The translations under genes and the position numbers were made by a program. The notes under the pieces are model-generated. The model saw only the letters and a program-made list of their open reading frames with translations, had not been told where the DNA came from and made no database searches. Source: Chiloscyllium plagiosum (lineage: Eukaryota). From it: 34,814 nucleotides of DNA. Where the stretch lies: assembly GCF_004010195.1 (NCBI RefSeq), contig NW_025213636.1:1-34814 (forward strand). The letters run 5' to 3'. This document shows, in pieces, positions 1 through 10,986 of this stretch (its first letter is position 1; the number at the start of each line of letters is the position of its first letter).

Positions 1-248
1 TGTCGGCGTGGGTTTCCTCCAGGTGCTCTGGTTTCCTCCCACAGTCTGACGATGTGCAGGTTAGGTGGATTGACCATGTTAAAATGCCCATAGTGTCCAG
101 GGATGTGTAGGTTAGGTGGATTAGCCATGGTTAATGTGGGGTTATGGGGATAGAGTGGGGGACTGGGGCTGGGTGGGATGCTCTTCAGAGGGTCAGTGCA
201 AACTCAATAGGCTGAATGGCTGCTTTCTACCATGTAGGAATTCTATGA
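1..248 (+). mobile_element. HE1-type V-SINE (5' end cut by window)
   Basis: gtgggtttcctccaggtgctctggtttcctcccacagt...gatgtgcaggttaggtggattg body with a ctatgatt tail. Confidence 0.85.
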
Positions 249-871
249 TTCCACAGTATATTTGCAAATCCAGCTACATTTAATCTGCAATCATTTCATC
301 ATCCATGTGCAATGCATCTAGAGTGATAGTGTTGAGGATTCATATGCTTATTGAAGCATTTGGCACATTGCCATTGGTCATTGAACATTGACATCTCACT
401 GAGGGTGATGTTAGCAACCCAATGACTTTAAAAGAAGCCAATATTGGCCAGAGGTGACCCATTTCTCCTACAACTTCCAAAGATGCAGTAGAAGGCAGAC
501 ACCAATGCTTTCTCATCTGTCATGTCTGATTAATGATGGTTTGATGCTGAATGCAGTGAGATGTTGACTGATAGATGTGCATCTGGGTTGAGATATTGAC
601 TGATTGATGTGCCTTTGGGTTGAGAAGGAGGTCAGCAGCAGCGGGCTCTCCACTTTTGGGTGTGATGTGTTGATATGGACCTTCACCAAGATGGTGCCCA
701 TGCTGAGGTAGAAGCTGACTGAATGATGGAGGCCTGGCCCTGGTTATCAGGAGCACATGTCTCATGGTGTGGAGGAGCACCCTCATCTGCATGAGGACAC
801 CACCTCTGAGTCTTTACAGACCTAAGAACCTCTTTCACACCTCGTGTTCCTAACAGAAGGGGAGACAACAC

Positions 872-1300
872 TCTAGTGGTATTGTTGCTGGATTGTTAAT
901 CCAGAGGTAATGTTCTTGGAACCCAGGTAGATGGTAGAATTTGAATTCAATTAAAATCAGGAATTAAGAGTTTAATGATGACCATGAATACATTGCCGAT
1001 TATTGGGGGAAAACCCCATCTGGTTCACTGAAGGAAATCTATCATCCTTACCTGAAGAAGACTTAAACCTGAAACGTTGACTTCTCCACCTCCTGAAGCT
1101 GCCTGGCTTGCTGTGTTCTTCCAGCCTCCTGCTTGTCCAGCTTGGATTCCAGCATCTGCAGTTTTTTTTGTCTCCATCCTTACCTGGTCTGGCCTACATG
1201 TGACTCCAAAGTCACAACAAAGTAGTTGACTCTTAAATTGCCCTCTGGGAAATCAGGGATGGGCAATAAATGCTGGCCTAGCCAGTGAATGAATTACAAC
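872..1300 (+). mobile_element. tRNA-derived SINE, second family (family B), with a nested PLE fragment
   Basis: gaatttgaattcaat...cccatctggttcact...ccttacctggtctggcctacatgtgactcc...gggatgggcaataaatgctggcctagccag. Related copies at 8700, 10668, 25820 and 26755. Confidence 0.8.
1055..1174 (+). mobile_element. Short Penelope-like terminal-repeat insertion
   Basis: Flanked by a 12-bp direct repeat catccttacctg (1043-1054, 1175-1186). Body is gaaacgttgac...gctgcctggcttgctgtgttcttccagc...ccagcatctgcag. Confidence 0.75.
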
Positions 1301-2070
1301 AAAAGTAATTTCCTCTGAGACTCCTGTCCCTAGCTGCTGATGGGATGTTGCTCACTGTGTTTGACTTCCTGTGAAGGTGAATGCAGAAGGATCAGGGCTG
1401 ACCATAAGCCCAGGGGGAAGTCCCCAGGTCTCCTCAGGGACTGCAGATGGCCCAGGGTTTGTTAGTCCTGACTCTATTCCCTGAAGATGAGCGAAGGAGG
1501 CAGTGGTCAGTGGGGGTTCCACATGTTCCAGGACCATGGGAGCAGAGTGGTGGCAGGCCCAGGAGCCAGACCCGAAGGCTGTAAAAATAAGAGGCTGTCC
1601 TGTTCTTGTGGCTATGAAGGTCATGGGGTCAGTCTGGCACCAGGAGGACCAAACTACAATTCATTTGCAGGAACGGGCTCCAGCCCATCAATGTTCGAGG
1701 TGATTCGGGGTGGGGGTTGTGCCCATAACCTTGGCAGCTACCCTGACCCCTACACCCTGGAGCACTCTTGCATTCCCAACAGAAGCGGAATTTGAGGGTC
1801 CAGGTGCCTTAGAAGTCTGGCGACTGGGAAACAAGGGATATCCACGTGACTCATACAACCGCCTGACTGATGCCAAGCTTGGGCACACTGCTACCCAAGC
1901 TTTGACCAGGGACATGGTGCTGCAGACAATGGAGCTGAAGAAGATGTGGCTCCGATGCCAGCACTGCTGTGAAGGGGCAGCCTTCTAGTCCAGTGTGCTC
2001 CAGCATCCTGGCGAGCTATCAACAAGGTGGCATGCTGGGTGCTGAAGGCCTGGGGAACAGGAGCAGTCAT

Positions 2071-2194
2071 AGAGAGGCACAGCACGGAAACAGCCCCTTT
2101 CATCCAACTCGTCCCTGCCGATCAGTTACCCTAACCTGATCTAGCCCCATTTGTCAGCTCATGTGGCTCATGTTCCTCTAAACCCTTCCTATTC
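2071..2194 (-). mobile_element. CR1/HER1 LINE 3' tail
   Basis: cagcacggaaacagcccc..tccaactcgtcc..cctctaaacccttcctattc, the reverse complement of the tail at 3640-3750. Confidence 0.75.
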
Positions 2195-2627
2195 TGTTGT
2201 GGGCATTGGGAACAGAGTGACATAGAGAGGGTGTTCAGATGGGACCTAGCAACCTGTGTGGCCTAGTGGTAAAACAATGTCTAGGGTGATAGAAAGCGAT
2301 TGGATGTGCCAAAGAGTGTCAATAATGTTGGCAATGTGCTGTGATTAACATGACTGATGTGACACTGCAGCTGTACAAGACATTGGTGAGGCCACTTTTA
2401 GAATATAGTCATCTGAGGAGGAAGGTGATGAAAGCATTTGGCAGGAGGAAGCTCTCTTCTTGTTCGTGACAGAGCTTAGCAATGTCAGAGGCCACAAGCC
2501 AGACTGGCCAGTTCCAATTGAGGGGAGCTAGGTGCAGTGGACAATTAGGAACTGTTAAAAAGCTATTGGTCATCACACCAGCACTTAGTTGGCACTGTGG
2601 AGATGAAATGCAGCTTCTATTGATTTT

Positions 2628-2948
2628 GAGATTAGATTAGATTCCCTACAGTATACAAACAGGTCCTTTGGTCCAACAAGTCCACACCGACCCTCCGAAG
2701 AGTAACCACCAGACCCATTCCCCTACCCTGTATTTGCCCCGACTAATGCACCTAACACTATGGATAATTTAGCATGGCCAATTCACCTGGCCTGCACACC
2801 TTTGGACTGTGGGAGGAAACCGGAGAACACGGAGGAAACCAACGCTAACGGGGGAGAATGTGCAAATTCCACACAGACAGTCACCCGAGGCTAGAATCAG
2901 ACCCAGGTCCCTGGTGCTGTGAGGCAGCTGTGCTAACCACCGAGCCAC
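2628..2948 (-). mobile_element. HE1-type V-SINE
   Basis: (attag)n tail, ggactgtgggaggaaaccggag, and head ggtgctgtgaggcagctgtgctaaccac. Confidence 0.9.
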
Positions 2949-3194
2949 ATTTTGGTTTCCTTTTGGTGACTGTAAACAAAAGCTCACATTTGGATTTGTC
3001 TAATTGCTTGCATGTATTTGATGTCCCCTTATCGGACAACAGCAAGCTGCAGTTCTGTAGAGGGCATTGGGACCTAGCAACTTGTGTGGCCTAGTGGTAA
3101 AACAGTGACTAGGGTGAAAGAAAGCGATTGTATGTGCCAAGGAATGTCAATAATGTTGGCAATGTGCTGTGATTAATGTGGCTGATGTGACATT

Positions 3195-3755
3195 GCAGCT
3201 GTACAGGACATTGGTGAGGCCACTTTTAGAATGCTGTGTTTAATTCTGCTCTCCCTGCTACAGGAATGATGTTGTGAAACTTGAAAGGGTTCAGAAAAGA
3301 TTCACAAGGATGTCGCCAGCGTTGGAGAGTTTGAGCTACAGGGAGACGCTGAATAGGCTGGGGCTATTTTCCCTGGAGTGTCGGAGGCTGAAGGGTGACC
3401 TTATAGAGGTTTATAAAGTCATGAGGGGAATGGATAGGGTAAATAGCCAAGATCTTTTCCCTGGGGTGGGGAGTCCAAACTAGAGGCCATAGGTACAAGG
3501 TGAGGGGAAAGATTTAAAAAGGACTTAAGGGGCAACTTTTTCAACACAGAGGGTCGGAAATAAATGGAATAAGCTGCTAGAGGAGGTGGTGGAGGCTGGT
3601 ATAATTAGAACATTTAAAAGGCATCTAGGGGAAGAGTTTAGAGGGATATGGGCCAAATGCTGGCAAATAGGACTTAATTAACTTAGGATATCTGGTCAGC
3701 ATGGACGGGTTGGGCCAAAACGTTTGCTTCCTTGCTGTACATCTCTATGATTATA
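3195..3755 (+). mobile_element. CR1/HER1 LINE 3' fragment (C-terminus of ORF2 plus tail)
   Basis: Translates to LERVQKRFTRM..LSYRETLNRLGLFSLECRRLKGDLIEVYK, a CR1 ORF2 signature, and ends in a ctctatga tail. Confidence 0.92.
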
Positions 3756-4399
3756 TGACAATGACAGTGACGCGTTACCAATACTCATCCAAATACACAG
3801 TAGCGTTTGAAAAGATGCCGATCCATTGGTGTGCATTTGCCAAACGGTGGGTCATTTTGGCTACATAATAAGATGGAGCAGGAATTGGACACAAGGGGTG
3901 TGATGGATTGTCAATGAGGTGAGCATGGTTAAATACGGCAATAAAAGGCACATGACCTCACAACAAAAACCCTCCAAAAACCTTTGGTGCAGCTTACACT
4001 TAACCACAAAAAAGAATACAATTTAGCCCAAAGGGTTGCTTTTGGGAAGGCTGGGAACAAAAAGGCCAAATTCTTTTCCTATTAAATAAAATCAACACAA
4101 CGGTGCCTCAGTGCAACTTCAATCCATTTGTGTACATAACTCTCACATGTACTCAAACTCCCACAAGGACAAATATTAGTCAAGTGCAAATCTCTCCTGA
4201 GAAATGTTCTACCTCTTTGTTTAAACTCCACTTACTTTGAAAGACCACGTAATAAATTCATCATGATTCGTCATCTATTATCAAGAATGTTTCTGGATGC
4301 TCTCCTCCCTCCAAGTGATACTACGACCTGTTTAGGATCAGGGCAAGAATGTTGAGCTTTCTCCTCTCAATAAGAAGACTTGTAGGATTTGGCAAACAG

Positions 4400-5081
4400 A
4401 GCTGAAAATGTGTTGCTGGAAAAGCGCAGCAGGTCAGGCAGCATCCAAGGAACAGGAGAATCGACGTTTCGGGCATAAGCCCTTCTTCAGGAATGAGGAA
4501 AGTGTGTCCAGCAGGCTAAAATAAAAGGTAGGGAGGAGGGACTTGGGGGAGGGGCGTTGGAAATGCGATAGGTGGAAGGAGGTCAAGGTGAGGGTGATAG
4601 GGCGGAGAGGTCAGGAAGATGATTGCAGGTTAGGAAGGCCGTGCTGAGTTCGAGGGATTTGACTGAGACAAGGTGGGGGGAGGGGAAATGAGGAAACTGG
4701 AGAAATCTGAGTTCATCCCTTGTGGTTGGAGGGTTCCTAGGCGGAAGATGAGGCGCTCTTCCTCCAACCGTCGTGTTGCTATGGTCTGGCGATGGAGGAG
4801 TCCAAGGACCTGCATGTCCTTGGTGGAGTGGGAGGGGGAGTTGAAGTGTTGAGACACGGGGTGGTTGGGTTGGTTGGTCCGGGTGTCCCAGAGGCGCTCT
4901 CTGAAACGTTCCGCAAGTAGGCAGCCTGCCTCCCCAATATAGAGGAGGCCACATCGGGTACAGAGGGAAATATATCCCTGGTGGTGGGGTCCGTTTGGAG
5001 GTGGCAGAAATGACGGCAGATGATACGCTGTACATGGAAGTTGGTGGGGTGGTAGGTGAGGACCAGTGGGATTCTTCTACA
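4400..5081 (-). mobile_element. Penelope-like element 3' fragment (GIY-YIG region plus terminal repeat)
   Basis: Peptides HFNSPSHSTKDMQVLGLLH..RRLEEERLIFRLGTLQPQGMN and IPLVLTYHPTN. Flanked by a 16-bp direct repeat aggatttggcaaacag (4384-4399, 5082-5097). Confidence 0.9.
4463..4490 (-). ncRNA. Candidate minimal hammerhead ribozyme (PLE family A, intact core)
   Basis: Minus strand CTGAAGA-A-GGGC-ttat-GCCC-GAAAC-GTC: conserved core, 4-bp stem II, palindromic ACGU stem III, GUC cleavage triplet. Stem I is weak. Confidence 0.6.
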
Positions 5082-5870
5082 AGGATTTGGCAAACAGCCC
5101 ATACCCCGCACCAATGTTACCCATACACCCATTTTCACATTGACAAGAGGAAACACTGGGAAATAAGACAGACAGCAGTAGTCTGATATCAGAGATCAGA
5201 TTTTCATCTTGGAGGAAGGATTCAGGATTCAGGAGATTTCCAGACATTGTGATCCCATCACATTCATGATGTAGAAAAGGGACAGTCTTTCTTTGGTAAT
5301 TGACCTGTTGCAGTTATAGAAGGGGACACAATGTCAAGGTCAGGCTTATCTCAATTCACTGGGCCACTGACCTGTATCTGATGATGAGTGAGAGGCTGTT
5401 AAACCTCTACTCTGCTTATCCCATCACACTATACCTCCCAACTCCCAAAACCATTCACCTTGTACCCAGCATAGATAGAACTCAGAGATCCTTTGATAGC
5501 ATTGCAGAGTCTTTGAGAAGCTCATAATACTGTGAAAATAACCAAACAATATCTCATATCTATTTAATAAAGACGATTTAGCAGTTAATAAATCTCAAAA
5601 TAATCATGAATTCATTTTGTTTTAAAAAGAAGCCATAATCTTCCTTTCAGATCATTAATCTGTGAATCAGTGAATTTTGAAAACTAGATTTACTCCCTGA
5701 AAATTGAGGGAATTAAATACCCATGATGGCAGGGATGGAGACCGGAATCCTGGGTCACACCCACCATTTCTAAACCCTACCAGTAAATTCTAGCCCATCG
5801 CAGGATGAAAAGGTCCAACTTGAAACCCATTATACCTCAATGAGGTTTTGAACATCTCAATGTTCATCCA

Positions 5871-6197
5871 CTATGGCTCAGCAGTTAGCACTGCTGCCTC
5901 ACAGTACCATGGACTTGGGTTAAATTCCTGCCCAGGGAATTACCTGTGTGGAGTTTGTACATTCTCCCCGTGTCTGCGTGGGTTGCCTCCAGCACTCCAG
6001 TTTCATCCCACAGTCTAAAGATGTGCAGGTTAGGTAGATTGGTCACGTTAAATTGGTGTCCAGGGAGATGGAGGTTAGATGGATCATCCATGGGATATAC
6101 AGTATAGTACGGGCGTAGGGTGGATTTAGTTGGGATGACCTTCATAGAGTTGGTGTGGGCCAAATGGCCTGCTTCCATACTGTAGGGATTCTATGAA
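5871..6197 (+). mobile_element. HE1-type V-SINE
   Basis: ggctcagcagttagcactgctgcctcacag head through to the ctgtagggattctatg tail. Confidence 0.88.
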
Positions 6198-6256
6198 TAA
6201 ATCCACGGAACAATTTTGTTTTAAGAACATTCCCTCACACGCTCTTCATGGGAATA

Positions 6257-6848
6257 GCATGGTGGCTCAGTGGTTAGCACTACAGCCTCACAGCACCAGG
6301 GACCTGGGTCAAATCCAACCTGGAGTGACTGTCTATGTGGAGTTTGCACACTCTCCCTGTGTCTGTGTGAGTTTCCTCTTGGTGCTCTGGTTTCCTCCCA
6401 CAATCCAAAGATGTGCAGGTTAGGTGGATTGTCTATACTGAATTGCCAATAGTGTTGGGTGTATTAGTCATGGGGAATAATTAGATTAGATTAGATTCCC
6501 TACAGTGTGGAAACAGGCCCTTCAGCCCAACAAGTCCACACCGACCCGCCGAAGCACAACCCACCCAGACGCATTTCCCTCTGCGTAATGCACCTAACAC
6601 TATGGGCAATTTAACATGGCCAATTCACCTGACCTGCACATCTTTGGATTGTGGGAGGAAACCGGAGCACCCAGAGGAAACCCACGCAGACACGGGGAGA
6701 ACGTGCAAACTCCATACACACAGTAGTGCTAACCACTGAGCCACCATGCCGCCCTTAAATATAGGGAATGGATTTGGGTGGATTACTCTTCGGAGGGTCG
6801 GTGTGGACTTGTTGGGCCGAAGGGCCTGTTTCCACTCTGTAGGGATCC
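6257..6848 (+). mobile_element. HE1-type V-SINE containing a second, antisense HE1 copy (about 6481-6754)
   Basis: The outer head is at 6257 and its tail resumes at ~6755. The inner copy runs from (ttaga)n to gtgctaaccactgagccaccatgccgccc. Confidence 0.85.
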
Positions 6849-7046
6849 TCAGTTAACATGCAATTTTATATATTTATAAAGTTTTCCCTATTGAGCAGGA
6901 TCAGAATACTCATTTTATTGAGATAATGTTACATACAGTATCTGGGACTGGGAGGATGTTTCTGTTTGCATCTCACCCAGTGAGATAGTTGCAGTCTAGA
7001 TCACAGCATCCAATTCTAGGTCATTCTAAGCAGGTATCAAACCAGT

Positions 7047-7290
7047 ACAATAGTACCACCCCTCGCCCCCCCCCCCCACCCTCCCCTCCCCCAGTAGCCA
7101 TGGGGAATATGTTCCAGGACCTACTGCGAAAGCCCCAAACCACGGATAGGAGTGAACCCATTCATTTCAATGGGAAACGTAGCTTCCCGGCAGCCTCCTG
7201 CTCTCTGGTTCCCTATAAAATGTTCAGGCCGCAATAATCCGTGGGTAACTGAAACTGCAGAAAATGACTCCGTGGATATGGGGGTCGCCC
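7047..7290 (+). mobile_element. Tigger/pogo-type non-autonomous DNA transposon (MER2-like)
   Basis: ggggaatatgttccaggacctactgcg...aaaccacggata near the start and ...aactgaaactgcag...ccgtggatatgggggtc at the end resemble Tigger MITE termini. Confidence 0.55.
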
Positions 7291-7432
7291 ATTTTCAGAA
7301 TATTTAAATGAAACTTTACTCTTAAATACAGCCACATCTCCTCTGTGTATCAAAATATGCTTTTCTCCCAACACCTATTTCAGATTTGTGGTTGTTTTTT
7401 CTCATGTCGAGCTGCAATATAACGACAGGCTG

Positions 7433-7687
7433 TTACGGTGGCTCAGTGGTTAGCACTGCTGCCTCACAGCACCAGGGAACCAATGGTCAATTCCAACCTT
7501 GGACAACTGTCTGTGTGGGGTTTGCACATTCTCCTTGTGTCTGTGTTTCTACCGGGTGCTCTGGTTTCCTCCCACATTCCAAAGATGTGCAGGTTAGGGT
7601 GGATCGGCTGCGGGATGGAACGGTCTTCAGGGTTGGTGTGGACTTGATGGGCCAAATGGCCTGTTTCCACACTGTAGGGATTCTGTG
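7433..7687 (+). mobile_element. HE1-type V-SINE (internally deleted)
   Basis: cggtggctcagtggttagcactgctgcctcacag head and ccacactgtagggattct tail. Confidence 0.88.
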
Positions 7688-7719
7688 ATATTACACCTCA
7701 AGAGCTATGAAAGAGTATG

Positions 7720-8360
7720 GATCCTTTCACAACTTTGCAGCATCCCAAAGCACTTCAATGTCCAACACTGGTTTGCCCTTGTGGGTAAGTCTAGGACCAG
7801 AAGGCATAATCTCAGAATAAAGTGTTGCAAATTTAAGGCAGAAATGAGGAGTAATTTCTGCTCTCAGGGGAGGGGAATTGATGAAATTCCTAACCGCAGA
7901 GGGCTGCCGAGGCAAGATCATTGAGTATGTACAAGGCTGAGGCAGACAGATTTTTAAACAGCAAGAGAATCAAACATTGTAGGGAAAGAGGAGTTGAGGA
8001 TTATCAGATCAGCCTCGACCTCTGACCGGAAAAGCAGACTCAATGGGCTGAACGGCCTATTTCTGCTTCTACATTTTATGGTCTTAAAACACTTCTTAAA
8101 GTGTTGTCAATATTGCACTGAAGGAAAATGTGTCAAACAAGCAGCACAAGGCACTTCCCCATGAACTAAAATAACATAAATCAATGGTTTAAACCTGTGT
8201 TCAATAATTGGTTGAATAATGAATGGTAACAATATACCTGAGGAGATTAATCCCTTGCTTCTCTCTGAATAGTGCCAATCACATTTTACCTCCAGCTAAA
8301 CAGAAAAACCGAGGGTCAGTCACACATTGCAACTGAAAGGCAACACTGCATTCCCTCAGC
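7720..8360 (-). mobile_element. Old Deu-domain SINE (SacSINE1/AmnSINE-like) split by a CR1 fragment
   Basis: Tail cctttcacaac...catcccaaagcacttc at ~7722 and body cttctctctgaatagtgcca...aaaggcaacactgcattccctcag at ~8260-8360. Confidence 0.55.
7770..8086 (+). mobile_element. CR1 LINE 3' fragment
   Basis: SRTRRHNLRIK..FKAEMRSNF peptide with an atgggctgaacggcct...ttatggtctt tail, flanked by aacact repeats. Confidence 0.8.
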
Positions 8361-8699
8361 CCCTTGGGACTTCAAAAGGTCATCTCGACAAAGTAGTGGT
8401 CTTGACTTTTGACCCGTGACCAGAACTGGACAGCTGCCCATCACCATGGCAAAGTGGCCTCCATAATCTTGAGAACCTCATAATTTTGCCCTCATTTAAA
8501 TTGGGTAGGTCGGCTGTGGGGAGCTGAATGACAGCTGGCCAAATTAAGGCCTCATTAAAGCCTCAACGTTGGGATCGGGGCGACGTTGTTAATGGTGGCC
8601 CGAATGTCACTGAGATCACTCCTCAGTTCCAGTTCCCTTCGCTTCGATCCAAAATGGAAATCAGCCTCCCACTTTCAAAATATATTTCCCCACAGCATG

Positions 8700-9020
8700 T
8701 GAGGGCCACTGACAAGGGACAACATTTGTCACCTGCTTCCTGTTGTCTTCAATTGGAATATTTGCTCAGCCATTTAAATTAAGAATTCTGTGGATCTGGA
8801 GTCACATAAAGGCCAGATCAGGTCAGCAGACATCCTTCCTTAAAGGGTGTTCATGAATCAGATGGGTTTTTACAACAGAGGATAGATGTCACGTCACCTT
8901 AATGAGATTATTTTACAATTCCAGATTTTATTAAAAGAAATTAAGCTCCAACCACTGTCATGGTGGGTTTTGAACCAAATCTTTAGGCCTTTTAGCCCAG
9001 TGACATTACTGCTATGCCAC
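8700..9020 (-). mobile_element. tRNA-derived SINE family B
   Basis: tggatctggagtcacat...ccttccttaaagg...gaatcagatgggttttt, the reverse complement of the family B body. Confidence 0.75.
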
Positions 9021-9860
9021 CATATGTGATAGGGCCCCAATTTCCATATTCGAAAGGTTTCAGTCATCTGAAGCAAGTCACACTGAGAGTAAGCTACTTG
9101 CAAAATTGAGCAGGCCCCATCACCATACCAACAGGGGGCCCACCATCAATATTTTGAGTTAATTGTTGTTCCATTAAAACCAGGCAAAGATGATGGACAA
9201 TCCACCCACTCAGGGGGGGTTTAAACCCAGACTTTCTATCGCAAAAAGTGAAGGTGTTTCCCCACTAAGCTCCTTAAGGGTTAGGATCTGAATGCATTCA
9301 TTGGAATTGAACATAAGGTCATTAGCGTGGAGCAGTCTTCTGAATCATGCCAATAAGGGCAAGCTTTTGCTTAGAGGAGAAACATTCTCTCATTGCCTCC
9401 ACAGAGTCTTTATTCCAAAGGGCCTGTGGCATTGATGAAGAAAAAACACATTTTTTATAAAAATAAGTTAGCCACTCCACCATCTGCTTCACAGAACCCT
9501 TCCATTGCCCACCGTCCACCATTACACCATCCAGGAGGGCACACGCAAAACAAACCAAAGGCAGCGAGACACTTTAACACAAATATCTTTATTTGGTTCA
9601 CAAATAAATATTCTGTACATGTGTTAAATGACACAATAAAACAGAGCAGCTAAGTTGCACTTGGTGCAAAGGGAAACTTAATTTGTAATGAATTACAAAT
9701 ACATGTCAAACAAAACAATTGTGTTAAAATATTTGTTTCTGTTTTTGAACAGCAGTGTCTGGTTTACGCGAGATTCGTAGTGTCTTTTGTGGAATTTGTC
9801 ACACAATGTGACGGTTCGGTTTTAATGTGGCGCCAAGGGGGGTGGGGGCGCAAAATCAGA

Positions 9861-10026
9861 AGTCACATGACACCAGGTTATAGTCCAATAGGTTCACTTA
9901 AAATTCATCACCTGATGGAGCAGCGCTATGAAAGCTTGTGATTTCAAATGAACCTGCTAGACAATAACCTGGTGTCATGCGACTCCTGACTTTGTCCACA
10001 CCAGTCCAACACCGGCCTCTCCACAT
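9861..10026 (+). mobile_element. Penelope-like terminal repeat (family B) with an inverted 5' copy
   Basis: tcagaagtcacatgacaccaggttatagtcc is inverted against ...acaataacctggtgtcatgcgactcctga. A decayed hammerhead-like core cacctgatg..gagcagcgct..gaaagcttgtg lies between the arms. Confidence 0.7.
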
Positions 10027-10667
10027 TATCAAGGGGTATGGGAAAGGATTTACTTCCATTCATAAACATGTACAATTTTGGCCTATATCAGATTAGGAAA
10101 CTTGGGTGCAAATGTTCTGGGAACTGGAGGGTACAGTTCAACATTGTCAAAAGAATTGGGGCTGGGCAAGGAAACTGGCTTCCCAATGGGTAGGGTTGTT
10201 CAGATGCAAATGTCCGGTCAGCCACACGGGTGGGAGTAGGCCCCAAACCAGCTTTCAAAGTGAAGGTGGATGCTTGAAGAATAAAACTAATTAACAGTTT
10301 GAGAGAAAAGGCAGGAGAATAAGTGACCAGCGCTGTCCAAGAACAGACACAGACACAATGGTCTGAATAGGCTCCCTCTTTGCTGTATGATTCTAAGATT
10401 CTTACCGTTTTAGGCTCATTTATCCACTCAGTTGTGCACTCAATGAATGACCACAATTCTTTCCTGTCACTCCGGGCCTATACTTTTACTACCTCTAATC
10501 TCCATCCGACAACAGCAGAGTCAAAGTTACAAAAGCAGAAATTGCTGGAAAAGCTCTGGTTACCTGTGTGCAGAGAAATCAGCATTTCTCTTCCTTGGAA
10601 CTGGAAAGGCAGTAGCTAAGATCTATGCTGTCTGTCCTATCTGTTTCTTTCTTACATCCGCGATTGG

Positions 10668-10986
10668 GAGGTGGTGTGTAGTGGTAAAATCACGGGACTA
10701 GCTAATCCAGAAGCCCTCAGCTAATGTTCTGGGGATGTTGGGTTTAAATCCCACATGGCAGATGGTCAAATTTAAATTCAATAAAATGGGAATGAAAAGC
10801 TAGCAACCATGTACCATTCTCAATTATTGTAAAAATCCATCTGATTCACTAATGCCTTTGACAAAGGGAATCTGCTGTCCTTACCTGGTCTGGCCTAAAT
10901 GAGACTCCAGACCCATCACAATATGGTTGACTCATTAGGAATGGGCAAGTCAGCATCACCCACATCCCATGAACCAATAAAAAAAA
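10668..10986 (+). mobile_element. tRNA-derived SINE family B
   Basis: A/B-box-like ggtggtgtgtagtgg and gggtttaaatccc, family B body, and aataaaaaaaa tail. Confidence 0.82.

Larger units (their letters stand above)
790..2450 (+). mobile_element. Decayed PIF/Harbinger DDE transposase, interrupted by later insertions
   Basis: Frameshifted but ordered motifs: LPVKVNA (~1365), FICRNGLQPINV (~1660, cf. FINRKGFHSINVQ), GSYPDPYTLEHS (cf. GSxHDxxILxxS), WRLGNKGYP (cf. WLLGDKGYP), TRDMVLQTMELKKMWLRC (cf. TRxxIEQTIGxLKMRFRCL), VACWVL (cf. VACCVLHN), then an acidic tail at ~2415-2450. Confidence 0.75.

Noticed and set aside
9322..9653. Overlapping 78-aa and 86-aa ORFs in unique sequence
   Set aside because: Non-ATG starts, no domain similarity and no exon structure.
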